Origin: Verrucomicrobiia bacterium
GTDB lineage: Bacteria > Verrucomicrobiota > Verrucomicrobiia > Limisphaerales > UBA11358
Assembly (NCBI GenBank): GCA_035945675.1
Contig: DASZAB010000108.1
Span: forward strand, 48,564-112,563
Direction of reading: 5' to 3'
Length of the DNA: 64,000 nucleotides
Shown here: piece after piece, positions 21,101 through 29,984 of the stretch
Numbering within the stretch: position 1 is the stretch's first letter
Layout: the number at the start of each line of letters is the position of its first letter
The notes under the pieces: generated by a model
The model's database searches: none
What the model was told of the DNA's origin: nothing
What the model saw: the letters and a program-made list of their open reading frames with translations, nothing else
Translations under genes and position numbers: made by a program

Positions 21101-21181
21101 CTGGATGTGCTTTCGGATGAGAAAGTGGATGCATTGCTCGCCGATATGTTGGGTGAGGAAAAGGACGGTTCCATGCTATGA
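15185..21181 (+). CDS. type I polyketide synthase, ACP-KS-AT-DH-KR-ACP
   Basis: ACP YGLGS; KS DTACSS/EAHGTG/GHLE; AT GHSLG, IDIIQ, FASH; DH HRIQGVAVLP and HPAILD; KR GGLGDLG, LQD, YAAAN; ACP GLDSL. Confidence 0.96.
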   Translation: MAKNSNNAEVIQAWLVSKLSERLGIQSHEIDIREPFASYGLGSTEAVSLAGELAEWLGRKLSPALVYEYSTIESLARHLAESPDVPESATGAGQNREAKNEPIAIIGIGCRFPGANDPAAFWQLLRNGVDAIREVPADRFDAHAFYDADPATPGKMNTRWGGFLEQVDQFDPGFFGISPREALRMDPQQRLLLEVTWEALQDAGQVPERLVGTQTGVFIGIATNDYGRLQWNDLERIDAYSGTGNASSIAANRISYLFDFRGPSLAIDTACSSSLVALHLACCSLRHGESTLALAGGVNLILSPAIAINFTKAGAMAPDGRCKAFDARANGYVRSEGAGVVVLKPLSKALADGDPIYAVIRGSAVNQDGRSNGLMAPNPLAQEAVLREAYRQAAVSPGKVQYVEAHGTGTLLGDPIEAKALGTVLGVERPPGRPCALGSVKTNLGHLEAAAGIAGLIKVALALRHREIPPSLHFEKPNPLIPFDELPLRVQTTLSPWPAESGPALAGVSSFGFGGTNAHVVLEEAPPAKTGTAEAEPKTDTHLLPLSARSPEALRALARAWQNFLATPESAASLPDVCYTAGVRLSHHDHRLAVTGHSPAQLIESLEAFLRGEARPGLSSGRRLSARRRKLVFVFPGQGSQWFGMGRRLLEQEAVFREVIERCDRAMRPYGDWSLLAELTAADAARSRLNEIDIIQPALFAIEIALAALWRSWGIEPQAVVGHSLGEIAAAHVAGALSLDDAVRVICHRSRLFKRTIGQGGMAAVELSIEEARRVLVGFEDRVSIAVSNGPTSTVLSGDPAALAGILDQLQRRDIFCRMVKVDFASHSPQMEPLRADLLRALEGLRPRAESVPIYSTVTGQVAHGLEFDTLYWARNMREPVLFSTAVQRLVEAGHDIFLEISPHPILLSAMQQGFHHFGQEAAVLPSLRREEDKPTVLLGSLGGLYSLGYPIDWNRIYPTSGRCVRLPFYPWQRERCWLEPSAGNTESYREQISRSGNGNHPLLGRHFKPAHPAGTHFWETSLDRNSLPYLDDHRIQGVAVLPASAYVELALAAAVEIFQAQPIALKDIEFRKALFLPSACGIQRRDAPGQAAGVIPQAEGGNHTIQVILSQGADGAASFRIYSCPGGAVHSKKSWMLHATGKVCLQPDNSTITPAARQETLTEMQTRCAEKISGQDYYRKLSESGVHYGPFFQSIARLWRNNGDVLGEVQVPDGPEAEFHGFQIHPAILDAGLQVLGAAIAAEATENGRPGIYLPTRINQFRVHGRPGRHLWSHTRVQHRDAAAITGEVQLLDEAGRVAVEIQGLRFEYLGEDAPRAEVDNLDDCLYEFQWQPKERAAGKSSAPASRASWLIFTDSGGVGDALSVRLKARGERSILVSRGETCEQTDGEHFCIRPGRPEDIRRLFESALGSDQPGCRGIVHLWSLDVTCPEETTVASLKAAQIPGCGSVLLLVQELAGMESPDLPRLWLITQGAQAVGEKPAPLSVAQSPLWGLGRVIAQEHPTFWGGLMDLEPGASLRDAAADQLCEEIFSSDGEDQLAFRQGRRYVARLARQRPSATPARPLQWRTDGSYLISGGLGDLGLLVARWMVEQGARRLVLLGRTKLPLRANWSSVETGSRLARQITAIRELESLGASVHLASVDVAEEGELRGFLDEFRAEGWPPIRGVVHAAGVLQDGLLVQLDVAAVNTVLRPKMMGGWLLHRLLQDDPLDFFVLFSSAGSVLGQPGQGNYAAANAFLDTLAHHRQARGQPALSINWGAWAGEGFADSVGGKRLAARLALLGISSLAPGQALEILGRLLGQSATQVVAVPVNWRQYREFYSAGGVPPLLSELAREESEVPRPAGRTSERRDALLAAEPAQRRSLLQSYLSEQVARVLGLSPSRLDVQQPLSHLGLDSLMAVELKNRIAVDLKVNVPVVKFLQGVSVDQAVTQVLEQLAAGAANPTTSPAPVVPKRKEQMDKGNAERLLANLDVLSDEKVDALLADMLGEEKDGSML
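18415..18487. repeat. 19-bp inverted repeat bounding an in-frame insert in the DH domain
   Basis: GCCCTCGGCATGTGGAATA (18415-18433) and TATTCCACAGGCCGAGGGC (18469-18487), one mismatch. Confidence 0.8.
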
Positions 21182-21954
21182 GATGGCAAAAAGGAAGCGT
21201 CGCAATCTGCCTGGGGCTGTTATGGTTGAGCCGGGGACAAGTGTCTCAGGCCGCGGACGATCAACCGGCGCGGGAGATCGTGGACCGGGTGGCGCGGTTG
21301 TTTATCAGCCAATCCAGCATCGCCACGGTGGACATGCAGATCACCAAGGAAAACTCCCAACGGAAGATCTCGATGCAGTTCTGGGCGCTCGGCGGGTCGA
21401 ACGTCCTCGTCCGCATTCGCAGCCCGCAGGAAGATGCGGGCACGGCCATCCTGAAAGCTGGCAACCAAACCTGGTGCTATCTGCCAAAAGCGAACCGCAC
21501 GGTGAAGATGCCACCTTCGATGTTGATGACCCCGTGGATGGGCAGTGACTTCACCCTCAATGACCTGGTAGAAGAGAGTCGCCTCACCAACGACTATGTA
21601 ATTACAACCTCTTTTGACGGTAAGCGGGAGGGAGTCGAGGTGACTGAATATACCCTGACACCCAGGCGGGCTGCGGCCGTGGTGTGGGGGAAAATTACTT
21701 TGGAGGTCCGCCAGGCCGACTCGATGCCCGTCTGGCAGCGATACTATGACGAGGACGGAAAGTTGGTCCGGCAACTGTCCTTTTCCGAGTACAAAACTGT
21801 GAGCGGAAGGCTCATTCCGACGCGTCTGGTTATGCAATCCATGGACCAGAGCGGTAAAAAGTCCGTTGAACAGACGGCGATCACGTACGAAAACATCATC
21901 TTCGACGAGCCGATCAACCAGGAGACGTTTTCCCGAAGGAATCTCAAGCCATGA
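21178..21954 (+). CDS. outer-membrane lipoprotein-sorting (LolA-like) periplasmic protein
   Basis: Signal peptide; SPQEDAGTAIL, YLP, WMGSDFT pattern; precedes LolC/E-like permeases. Confidence 0.85.
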   Translation: MRWQKGSVAICLGLLWLSRGQVSQAADDQPAREIVDRVARLFISQSSIATVDMQITKENSQRKISMQFWALGGSNVLVRIRSPQEDAGTAILKAGNQTWCYLPKANRTVKMPPSMLMTPWMGSDFTLNDLVEESRLTNDYVITTSFDGKREGVEVTEYTLTPRRAAAVVWGKITLEVRQADSMPVWQRYYDEDGKLVRQLSFSEYKTVSGRLIPTRLVMQSMDQSGKKSVEQTAITYENIIFDEPINQETFSRRNLKP

Positions 21955-23207
21955 GCGGACGACTTTTGCGGCTCGCGTGGCGCAATCTCTGGCGTAATCC
22001 CCGGCGGACGCTGATCACCATGGCAGCGATCGGCCTGGGCTACGCCATGCTGCTGTTCGTGGCGTGCCTGATGGCGGGACTGAGACAGCAGATGATCGAG
22101 ACTGGCACGGGCCTTCTTCTCTCTGACGTTGAAGTGCAGGCTCCGCGTTACTACCCGGATCGTCCCATTGATAAAACCTTGGGAGGACCAAACGGGACCG
22201 ACGTCAGCGCGCTGCTTGCCGCCATTAACGCCGACCCACGGGTTCAGGCGGCGAGTCCCCGGGTGTACGGCTACGGCCTGGTCAGCGGGAGCCATCAGTC
22301 GGTTGGCGTGCAACTGCTCGGCGTCGCCCCCGTCCAGGAACAGAAGGTCACTGTGCTGCAAACCCGGATGGTAAAAGGAAGCTACCTGACCGGACGGATG
22401 CCCAAAGGTGTGGTGATGGGAGATAAACTCGCCGCCACACTTGGCGTCGGGGTGGGGTCGGAAATCGTCGTGTTGACAACGGCGACCGATGGTTCAATGG
22501 GAAATGACCGATACACGGTAGCCGGGCTGTTTCACACGGGGCTTGGCACCATGGACCAGGGTCTGGTGCTGATGCCTCTCGCTTCTCTGCAGGACCTGTT
22601 GCGCTTGCCGCCGGGAAGGATTCATGAAGTTGGGGTCAAACTCCATGACAACGCCGCGGCGACGACGGCGGCGGCGGCACTGGAGGTGCAACTGAGTAAA
22701 ACCGTTCCGGTGCAGGCGCATGCCTGGCCGGAGCTGGCGCCGGACCTGGCCGGCTACGTGCAGTTCAATCGTCGGGTTACCTTTATTCTCTTTTTCATCT
22801 TTTTCCTGTTGGCAGTCATGGGCATCGTCAACACCATGCTCATGGCCATCATCGAACGCACGCATGAGTTCGGCATGCTGATGGCCGTAGGCATGCGCCC
22901 GGGTCAGGTGGTTGGTCTCATCGTGGCGGAGGCGGCCAGTTTGGCGGGAGCCAGTCTGGTTTTGGGAGCCGCGCTTGGGGCGCCACTCCTCTGGTATTTG
23001 CAGGTTCATGGTCTGAACCTGGGTGGCGATCGCGGCGTGGTTTCTCTGGCCGGAGTCGCGGTAGGCCCCATCTGGCACGGTCGGCAGGATTACACTTCCT
23101 ACACTCAGGCCGCTCTGGGGCTGGCTATCGCGGCTCTGGTGTCGGCCCTCTATCCCGCGTGGCGGGCGGCTCGCTCTCGGCCGACGGAGGCGCTCCGAAA
23201 GGTTTAG
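21951..23207 (+). CDS. ABC transporter permease, FtsX/LolE-like
   Basis: [12 protein letters not shown], large periplasmic loop, ERTHEFGMLMAVG. Confidence 0.92.
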   Translation: MSGRLLRLAWRNLWRNPRRTLITMAAIGLGYAMLLFVACLMAGLRQQMIETGTGLLLSDVEVQAPRYYPDRPIDKTLGGPNGTDVSALLAAINADPRVQAASPRVYGYGLVSGSHQSVGVQLLGVAPVQEQKVTVLQTRMVKGSYLTGRMPKGVVMGDKLAATLGVGVGSEIVVLTTATDGSMGNDRYTVAGLFHTGLGTMDQGLVLMPLASLQDLLRLPPGRIHEVGVKLHDNAAATTAAAALEVQLSKTVPVQAHAWPELAPDLAGYVQFNRRVTFILFFIFFLLAVMGIVNTMLMAIIERTHEFGMLMAVGMRPGQVVGLIVAEAASLAGASLVLGAALGAPLLWYLQVHGLNLGGDRGVVSLAGVAVGPIWHGRQDYTSYTQAALGLAIAALVSALYPAWRAARSRPTEALRKV

Positions 23208-23211
23208 CGAG

Positions 23212-24498
23212 ATGAATATTCTCCTGCTGATGAAAATCGGGTGGCGCAATCTCTGGCGCAACCCCCGCGGGACCCTGCTGACGGCGCTGGCCCTGGGTTT
23301 GGGCCTGACCTTGCTGCTGATTTCCCTGGGCTTGCTCGATGGCAGCCACGAGCAAATGGTTCGTAACGGAGTGAGATTTGGTTCCGGGCACGTCGTCATC
23401 CAGGCGCAGGGATACCAGAATACCGGTTCTCTGGAGCTGTTGCTGCCGGCAGGAGTCGTGTCCACGACCGATGGGTTTTTGTACTCCGGGGCTCTGAAAC
23501 CTGTTGTGCGCGGCGTGAGTCCCCGGCTGCTGGCCTCCGGCTTGCTGAGTTCCGCAGCCAACGCTGCCGGGGTACGGCTCATGGGGGTCATCCCCCGGGC
23601 GGAGCGGGCCGTGTCCCTGATTCCCCAGCGGATTGTCGCGGGGAACTATCTCAGTAACGGCCAGCCATCGGGCGTTGTCATTGGCACGGATTTGGCCCGC
23701 AAGCTCGATGTGAAGCTCGGTGGCAAAGTCGTGCTCATGACGCAGGCCGTGCCACAGCCGGACACGAAAACGACGGACGAGGCGGGCGGAGAAATGCAGA
23801 GCACTCTGCTGCGGGTGACCGGGATCTTTCGCACGGGTATCCCGGCGATCGACGCCCATGTCATCCAGATGCCTTTGCCCGAGGCCCAGACACTGCTCGA
23901 AGTGCCCGGCCGGGTCACTCAGGTCGCGGTCCTCCTCGAGCGGGAGGGTGACTCGCCGAGGGTGGCCCGGGACTTGCGGAAGCAATTGGCGGGAGTGCCG
24001 GTTGAAGTTCTCCCCTGGCGGGAATCCATGCCGGCCATGGCCCAGATGTTCTTGTTGGACGAGGCCTTTAACTATGTCATGAACGGCGTGGTGCTCGCGA
24101 TGGTCGGGTTGGGGATACTCAACACGATTCTCATGCGAGTGCTCGAGCGCCGTTATGAATTCGGCCTCTGTTCGGCACTGGGCCTGCGGCCGGTGCAGCT
24201 TGCCGTCATGATCATCGGCGAATCGCTGGCGCTCACGGCGATCAGCCTCGCTCTGGGTCTGGTGCTGGGGTTGGGCGCCAACCAGTATTTCGCCACCGCC
24301 GGGTTGGATCTGCGCTGGTTCTTCCACAGCGGCCTCCCCACCACGCTCGTTTTTGACCCGATCATCTACTCGCGCTTGAGCCTGACGCGAATCGTCTCGT
24401 CCGTCGGCATTGTGTTTCTGATGGCGATCGTCATCTCTTTTTGTCCGGCGCTCAAAGCCGCGCGAATCGAACTGCCCGGCGCCTTGAAGGTGCTTTAA
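23212..24498 (+). CDS. ABC transporter permease, FtsX/LolC-like
   Basis: [16 protein letters not shown]; paralog of the previous gene. Confidence 0.92.
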   Translation: MNILLLMKIGWRNLWRNPRGTLLTALALGLGLTLLLISLGLLDGSHEQMVRNGVRFGSGHVVIQAQGYQNTGSLELLLPAGVVSTTDGFLYSGALKPVVRGVSPRLLASGLLSSAANAAGVRLMGVIPRAERAVSLIPQRIVAGNYLSNGQPSGVVIGTDLARKLDVKLGGKVVLMTQAVPQPDTKTTDEAGGEMQSTLLRVTGIFRTGIPAIDAHVIQMPLPEAQTLLEVPGRVTQVAVLLEREGDSPRVARDLRKQLAGVPVEVLPWRESMPAMAQMFLLDEAFNYVMNGVVLAMVGLGILNTILMRVLERRYEFGLCSALGLRPVQLAVMIIGESLALTAISLALGLVLGLGANQYFATAGLDLRWFFHSGLPTTLVFDPIIYSRLSLTRIVSSVGIVFLMAIVISFCPALKAARIELPGALKVL

Positions 24499-24515
24499 CA
24501 TGATTTGGAGACGCT

Positions 24516-25229
24516 ATGACTGATATGACCCGGTGGGCGGTGGAACTGAAGGACGTGGAGAAGACCTACCGCACGGGGTCCATTGAGGTCGCGGCCCTGC
24601 GCGGGATCAGTCTGCGGGTTGCTCCGGGAGAATTTCTCGCAATTGCCGGTCCGTCCGGTTCCGGCAAAACCACGTTGCTGAATATCCTCGGCGGACTCGA
24701 CCGGGCCGATGCCGGGGAGGTATTGGTGGAAGGAAAGAACCTTCAACTCCTGTCTCCGGGGGAGCTGGCGCGTCTGCGGCTGCAGCGCCTCGGCTTCGTC
24801 TTCCAGGCGTACAACCTGCTGCCGGTCCTGACCGCCCTGGAGAACGCTGAATTTACCCTGCTCTTGCAGGGCGTGCCGGCGGAGCAGCGCAAAGAAAGGG
24901 TGCAAAAGCTGTTCGCGGAAATCGGTCTGGCCGGTCTGGAACATCGTCGTCCGGGCGAGTTGTCCGGCGGGCAACAGCAGCGGGTGGCGGTGGCGCGAGC
25001 CATGGTCACCGAACCGGCGCTGATCCTGGCCGACGAACCCACGGCGAATCTCGACTCAGCGACGGCGACCGCGCTGCTCGAAGTGATGGAGCAACTCAAT
25101 CGCGCTCACGGCACGACTTTCGTTTACGCCACCCATGATCCCCAGGTCATGGAGCGGGCGCGGCGGTTGATTCGCCTGCATGACGGTCAGATCGCCAGTG
25201 ATGTGGTGCGTGCCGGCCCGACGCCCTGA
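24516..25229 (+). CDS. ABC transporter ATP-binding protein, LolD-like
   Basis: [22 protein letters not shown]. Confidence 0.95.
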   Translation: MTDMTRWAVELKDVEKTYRTGSIEVAALRGISLRVAPGEFLAIAGPSGSGKTTLLNILGGLDRADAGEVLVEGKNLQLLSPGELARLRLQRLGFVFQAYNLLPVLTALENAEFTLLLQGVPAEQRKERVQKLFAEIGLAGLEHRRPGELSGGQQQRVAVARAMVTEPALILADEPTANLDSATATALLEVMEQLNRAHGTTFVYATHDPQVMERARRLIRLHDGQIASDVVRAGPTP

Positions 25230-25232
25230 GCC

Positions 25233-25700
25233 ATGCCCAGAATCAGACTGAAACAACGAATCCGCGAACTTTGGCAGAAGCTGAAGCACCTCAATGCGAC
25301 ACCGGACCAGATCGCGGCCGGCTTCTCCATCGGCATCTTTGCCAGTCTCCTGCCGCTGAATCCATCCCCCATCATCGTGGCGACCGTGGTGGCGTGGCTG
25401 CTGAAGCGGAACGTTATGGCCGCGGTCGCCGGGGCGGTGACTTCGATTCTCTACCTTCCGCTATTGCCTTTGATCTGGCTGGCGGAATTTCGATTGGGGA
25501 AATTGATTCTCCCGGTGCAACATCCGTTGACGTTGGATCAGCCCCGACTGTGGGGCGTTTTGCAACAGGGTTGGGATGTTTACGCCGCCATGTTGGTTGG
25601 CTCGATCCTCATCGCCATCCCCGTCACATTGCTCACCTATCGGGTGGTCAAACGGCTCGCCGAGAGATGGAGTAAAAATGAGTCGCAACCTTCAGACTGA
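25233..25700 (+). CDS. DUF2062 family membrane protein
   Basis: TPDQIAAGFSIGIFASLLP pattern; hydrophobic. Confidence 0.8.
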   Translation: MPRIRLKQRIRELWQKLKHLNATPDQIAAGFSIGIFASLLPLNPSPIIVATVVAWLLKRNVMAAVAGAVTSILYLPLLPLIWLAEFRLGKLILPVQHPLTLDQPRLWGVLQQGWDVYAAMLVGSILIAIPVTLLTYRVVKRLAERWSKNESQPSD

Positions 25701-26474
25701 TGGCCGCCCCGGGTCCGGCCATTGCCAACAGGCAAGACGCCAGCCTTGCCCTTCCACGGCCAGAGCGGCGACATAGCCGGGGGCGGGGGCAAGTTCCTGA
25801 AGCGACCAGCGGGAGGCTTCGGATGAATCCGGTTGACCGCCGGGCACTGCGCCCGGTTCCCCGGGCGTCAGCGACACGTCCATCTGGTCCAGGGGCAGTG
25901 AAAGTCCTTCGCCCCGGGCTTTGAAGCAGGCCTCCTTGCGCGTCCAACAGCGAAAGAACACCTCACGCTGCTCCTCGGTGGAGAGCGACCGGAGCGCCGC
26001 CACCTCACGCCGTGAGAAAAACCGCTCGGCGATCTCAGCGACTGCCAGATTGGAACGGATGCGCTCGAGGTCAACGCCCACCTCCCGGCCACGAGTGACC
26101 GCGTAAAGGGCGATTCCATGGGAGTGGGACACGTTAAAGCGGATTGCATCCCCGCCGGATTCCCCGGCCAAGGCAGGCTTTCCATAAGAACTGTAGCAAA
26201 AGGACAGGCATTCCGGCGCTCGATTTAAATAGCCGCCGAGGATGGCACGAAGCACCCCACGGGCGACGATGAAGTGCCCGCGATCTCTCTCAAAATGAAA
26301 TCGCTCGGCCCGCGCCCGTTCATCCGCAGCCAGGTTGTGGCGGAAGCTCCGAATCTGTGACGGGGTCTGGTCCAGGGTCGCTCGCCAGACATGAACTTCA
26401 TCGGGACCCAGCACCGGGGTTTCCGGTGGAGCGAGCCACGGAGGAACCGGAGAAGTGCTGGGCGCTGCTTTCAT
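25692..26474 (-). CDS. Sfp-type 4'-phosphopantetheinyl transferase
   Basis: GKP, FNVSHS, VGVDLE, WTRKEA; start at MKAAPST. Confidence 0.93.
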   Translation of the reverse strand: MKAAPSTSPVPPWLAPPETPVLGPDEVHVWRATLDQTPSQIRSFRHNLAADERARAERFHFERDRGHFIVARGVLRAILGGYLNRAPECLSFCYSSYGKPALAGESGGDAIRFNVSHSHGIALYAVTRGREVGVDLERIRSNLAVAEIAERFFSRREVAALRSLSTEEQREVFFRCWTRKEACFKARGEGLSLPLDQMDVSLTPGEPGAVPGGQPDSSEASRWSLQELAPAPGYVAALAVEGQGWRLACWQWPDPGRPSV

Positions 26475-26484
26475 AGGGTGGTGC

Positions 26485-27243
26485 TCACCCGTCTCCGCGC
26501 AGTTCCCGGGAGAGCGCCTGAAGCAGGAGCGGCTGGGTTGTGTTCCAGTAGAAATGGTCACCGGGAAACATCCGCAGCGAGAAGGAACCGTTCGTTTGAT
26601 CACGCCAGGCTTCGAGATCACCTCGACGCACCCGCTGATCCTGCAAGCCGCCCAAGGTGGAAATGGGGCAGGTGAGCGGAGGTTCGATCGAATACACGTA
26701 CGTTTCGTAAACGGCGAAATCTGCCCGCAGGACGGGAAGCAGCATCTGCATGAGTTCGGCCTCTGCCAACACTTTTCCGGGAATGCCATTCAAGCGGCGC
26801 AATTCGGCCAGGAATTCCTCCTCAGGCAGGGCATGGATCGGCCGGTCTCGATGAGGAATCTGCGGCGCGCGGTCCGCCGAGACAAACAGGCGAACCGGCT
26901 GGACCCCGGACTGTCGCCGGAGCTGACGGGCGAGTTCAAAGCTAATCAATGCTCCCAGGCTGTGACCGAAGAAGGCGAACGGCTTGTCCAGGAGTGGGGC
27001 CAACGCCTGGGCGAGGGCCTGGACCAGCGGCGGGAGCTGGGTGAACGGGGTCTCAATCAGCCGGGTTCCCCGACCGGGTAATTCAACCGGGCAGATCTCA
27101 ACCTCCGCGGGCAAGCCGTCCGGCCAGGTGCGAAAAATCGAAGCACCCATTCCGGCGTACGGGAAACAGATCAGCCGAAGGCGGGCCTGCGGATTCGGTT
27201 TGCGGAAAGCAATCCAGGAATCAATGGCGGTTGCGGTGGTCAT
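26485..27243 (-). CDS. type II thioesterase
   Basis: CFPYAG, LPGRG, FGHSLG, GDHF; start at MTTATA. Confidence 0.93.
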   Translation of the reverse strand: MTTATAIDSWIAFRKPNPQARLRLICFPYAGMGASIFRTWPDGLPAEVEICPVELPGRGTRLIETPFTQLPPLVQALAQALAPLLDKPFAFFGHSLGALISFELARQLRRQSGVQPVRLFVSADRAPQIPHRDRPIHALPEEEFLAELRRLNGIPGKVLAEAELMQMLLPVLRADFAVYETYVYSIEPPLTCPISTLGGLQDQRVRRGDLEAWRDQTNGSFSLRMFPGDHFYWNTTQPLLLQALSRELRGDG

Positions 27244-27424
27244 GGCTCGATCTTTCCGGCTTCGGCAATTTCTTTTGGAAGTATGTAGGTAGCGCGAACG
27301 GGGTTCAAGCAGGCGGTGGCCGGATTTGAAACGCAGCGCAGACCGCCGGCGCTCAATCGCGGGCTTGCCCCTACCGGCGTGCGCTGGCATACTCGACGCG
27401 GATTGGGAATTCAGGCTAACACTC

Positions 27425-28522
27425 ATGTCCCTCGAAACCACACTCGCCGACATTATCGCCCGCTTGCGTCAAGGCCGGTTTCCAAACGAACAGGCCATCT
27501 CCCAAGGCATTGTTTTGCGCGTGCTGCAGGAGTTGGGCTGGGACATCTACGACACTACCTCCGTCTGGCCCGAATTCCAGACAGGTGAAGGTCGCGCTGA
27601 CTTTGCCCTCTGCCATCCGCCTTCCAAGCCCGCCGATTTCATCGAAGTAAAGCCGCCCGGCAAGGCCGAGGACGGTGTCCGCCAAGCCCTCGAATACTCT
27701 TTCCATACTGGCGTGCCGTTCATCGTCCTGACCGACGGCAAGACTTGGAGCTTCTATCTGCCGGCGGAACAAGGCAGCTACGAAGACCGACGCGTGTACA
27801 AGCTCGATCTCTTTGAACGCCCGCCCACCGATGCCGCCGAGACGCTGCGCCGTTATTTGGCCCGTGAACGGGTCGAGTCCGGTGAAGCCCTTGAGGCCGC
27901 CCGCAAAGAATACCGCAGCCGCAACCGCCGCACCCAAGCCCGCGCTGCTATTCCCGAAGCGTGGCGCGAACTGGTCGAGAAGGGCAACGAAGATTTGGTT
28001 GACATGCTTGCCAGCGCCGTCGAATCCAAGGCTGGCGTCCGGCCCGACGACAACGATGTCGCCGAGTTCCTTGCTGGCCTCGGTCGACCGATCATCGTCG
28101 AAACATCGCATGACAAGACCGCTCCACAAACCAGCCCGGTAACCCATCGTCCCGCCGCGCTCCGCACCGGTGGCGAATCAACTCGTAGCGGCAAGCTCAT
28201 CCTTCGCGGCAAAGCCTATCCGTACCACAACGCCAAGGACGCCATGGTCATCGTCTTGCGCGAACTTGCCAAAGGCGAACCCACGTTCCTCGAACGCTGC
28301 TCCCAGCATCCTGACGCACAAGGCCGCAAGCGCCGCTATATCGCCCGCACACCCGAAGAACTTTATCCCGACCGCGAGGATCTCCGAGACATGCGTGAAT
28401 CTTTGACAGGCGGATGGCTTGTCGCGACCAACCTCAATAACGTACTTAAGAAAACCATCATCCGCCTCGCCGCCGAAGTTGCCGGGCTGACCTTCGGCAA
28501 GGATGTGATAGTAGAGTTCTAA
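27425..28522 (+). CDS. HsdR_N-type PD-(D/E)xK nuclease with a SeqA-like C-terminal domain
   Basis: NEQ..VLQELGWD..PEF..RADFAL..FIEVK..QALEY..LTDGKTW; no helicase motifs. C-terminus GRKRRYIA...WLVATNLNN. Confidence 0.75.
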   Translation: MSLETTLADIIARLRQGRFPNEQAISQGIVLRVLQELGWDIYDTTSVWPEFQTGEGRADFALCHPPSKPADFIEVKPPGKAEDGVRQALEYSFHTGVPFIVLTDGKTWSFYLPAEQGSYEDRRVYKLDLFERPPTDAAETLRRYLARERVESGEALEAARKEYRSRNRRTQARAAIPEAWRELVEKGNEDLVDMLASAVESKAGVRPDDNDVAEFLAGLGRPIIVETSHDKTAPQTSPVTHRPAALRTGGESTRSGKLILRGKAYPYHNAKDAMVIVLRELAKGEPTFLERCSQHPDAQGRKRRYIARTPEELYPDREDLRDMRESLTGGWLVATNLNNVLKKTIIRLAAEVAGLTFGKDVIVEF

Positions 28523-28539
28523 TAGGTGGGTTTCTCAAA

Positions 28540-28941
28540 ATGATTCCTGATGAATTTCAACAACTAATTGAAGAGCAGACTGACACGCAGTTACTTGGAT
28601 CGTGCCTGTATGAGGACATGGTGCCATACGTCTTTGAACCTAAGCCAGAGGCTTGGGACACTTTTCGTTATCTACTTGTTTCAAGTTTCAATGTTGGACG
28701 TGCCGATATACGAGTCGTTGGCAGTGGGCGGTTGGGTTTCAGCCTAAAGCCAGGGAAGAAGCTGATTAAACTTGCGGAGGATATCGATGAACAGCTTGAA
28801 GATCCTTCGGCAGACACAAGTGAGCCATCAAAGAAATATGCTAGGGCGATTGAGAAAGCCTCGAACGACAAGGCGCGGCGCGCAGATCGGCACGAAACCC
28901 TGTGTGGTATCATCAAGCCATTTCTAAAAGTGAAAAAATGA
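28540..28941 (+). pseudogene. AT-richer chimeric ORF: nucleotidyltransferase-like N-terminus joined to an unrelated helical C-terminus
   Basis: IRVVGSGRLGFSLKPGK is not followed by the expected DxD; the composition changes abruptly afterwards. Confidence 0.45.
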
Positions 28942-28979
28942 AGAAGGGGATCTCCAGCCAGCGGATCGAAAGGCCGTGG

Positions 28980-29957
28980 TCAGCTTTTACCAACGCGGTA
29001 ACGTCCGTGTGATTCTGTTAAGGCCATGGTGAGTTGACTTTCTTCGATGGCCTCTTGCGGATAATCGCTCAAATCGAATTCAAGCTCATCGCCCTCAAAG
29101 CCCGGATAGAGCGCGGCGAGCTTCGGGATGGTGGCCCCGGCGAGGCGAAAATAATCTTTGTCAACCTCGATCCCAACCGACCGGTAGCCGACCGCTTCGG
29201 CGGCGGCGATGGTTGAACCGGAGCCCATGAACGGGTCGAGCACCGTACCCTCGCCCAACGGCAGCAACGCTCGCACAATAATCCGCATGAAATGCTGCGG
29301 CTTCAGGCACGGGTGATCGGAAATGGCTTCTTCACGTTTCGGGGTGCGACCACTTGGCACGACTTCGGGGAACGGTTTATCAGTGGAAAGACGCCGCAAA
29401 CCGCCTGTCTTCCACTTTCGCAAGTTCTCGGCCACCGTCTTTTCGGCGAGAGGTTTCCGGAACAGCATCCACGGTTCGTAAGCGCCCTTTGGCGTGACGC
29501 AGACTTCCGGGAATTCCTTCTCGGCATTCTTGGGACGGTCGCCACCACGGAAGCCGAAGTATAACCGCATTACGGCCGGGCGAACCTCGTAACCGGCTTC
29601 AGCCATCGCTCCCTGCACGTGATGCTGAAGGATTGGGTGGCCGGCTACGCAGACATGCGCGCCGGGTACGAGAACATCGAGAAGAAGCTTTCCCCAATCA
29701 CGGAAAAACGCCCGAAGGTTCTGTTTCTCCCCGTCCGTCAGCACAGTGAACCGAGGCAGAGGATCACGTTTGTTTCCACCAATCATGGGAGGCAACCGCC
29801 ACACGCCGCCGCGTCCATTGCGCAACTTGGACAGTTCCTTCTCGGAGAATTCGATGAGCCCGTAAGGCGGGTCGGTGCAGACAGCGTGAATGCTCTGCGG
29901 CGCAGAGCCGCGCAGCCAATCGAAGCAGTCAGCAAGATGAATCTCGTACTTCCTCAT
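28980..29957 (-). CDS. site-specific DNA methyltransferase (N4-C/N6-A, beta class)
   Basis: Motif IV DPPY precedes HPCLKP and motif I LDPFMGSGST. Confidence 0.92.
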   Translation of the reverse strand: MRKYEIHLADCFDWLRGSAPQSIHAVCTDPPYGLIEFSEKELSKLRNGRGGVWRLPPMIGGNKRDPLPRFTVLTDGEKQNLRAFFRDWGKLLLDVLVPGAHVCVAGHPILQHHVQGAMAEAGYEVRPAVMRLYFGFRGGDRPKNAEKEFPEVCVTPKGAYEPWMLFRKPLAEKTVAENLRKWKTGGLRRLSTDKPFPEVVPSGRTPKREEAISDHPCLKPQHFMRIIVRALLPLGEGTVLDPFMGSGSTIAAAEAVGYRSVGIEVDKDYFRLAGATIPKLAALYPGFEGDELEFDLSDYPQEAIEESQLTMALTESHGRYRVGKS

Positions 29958-29984
29958 CGCGCGCAAGTTTCAACTATAGGCGAA

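Noticed and set aside
29619..29984. N-terminal extension of the HTH-REase ORF
   Set aside because: Antisense shadow of the MTase; the HTH begins right after ATG 29985.
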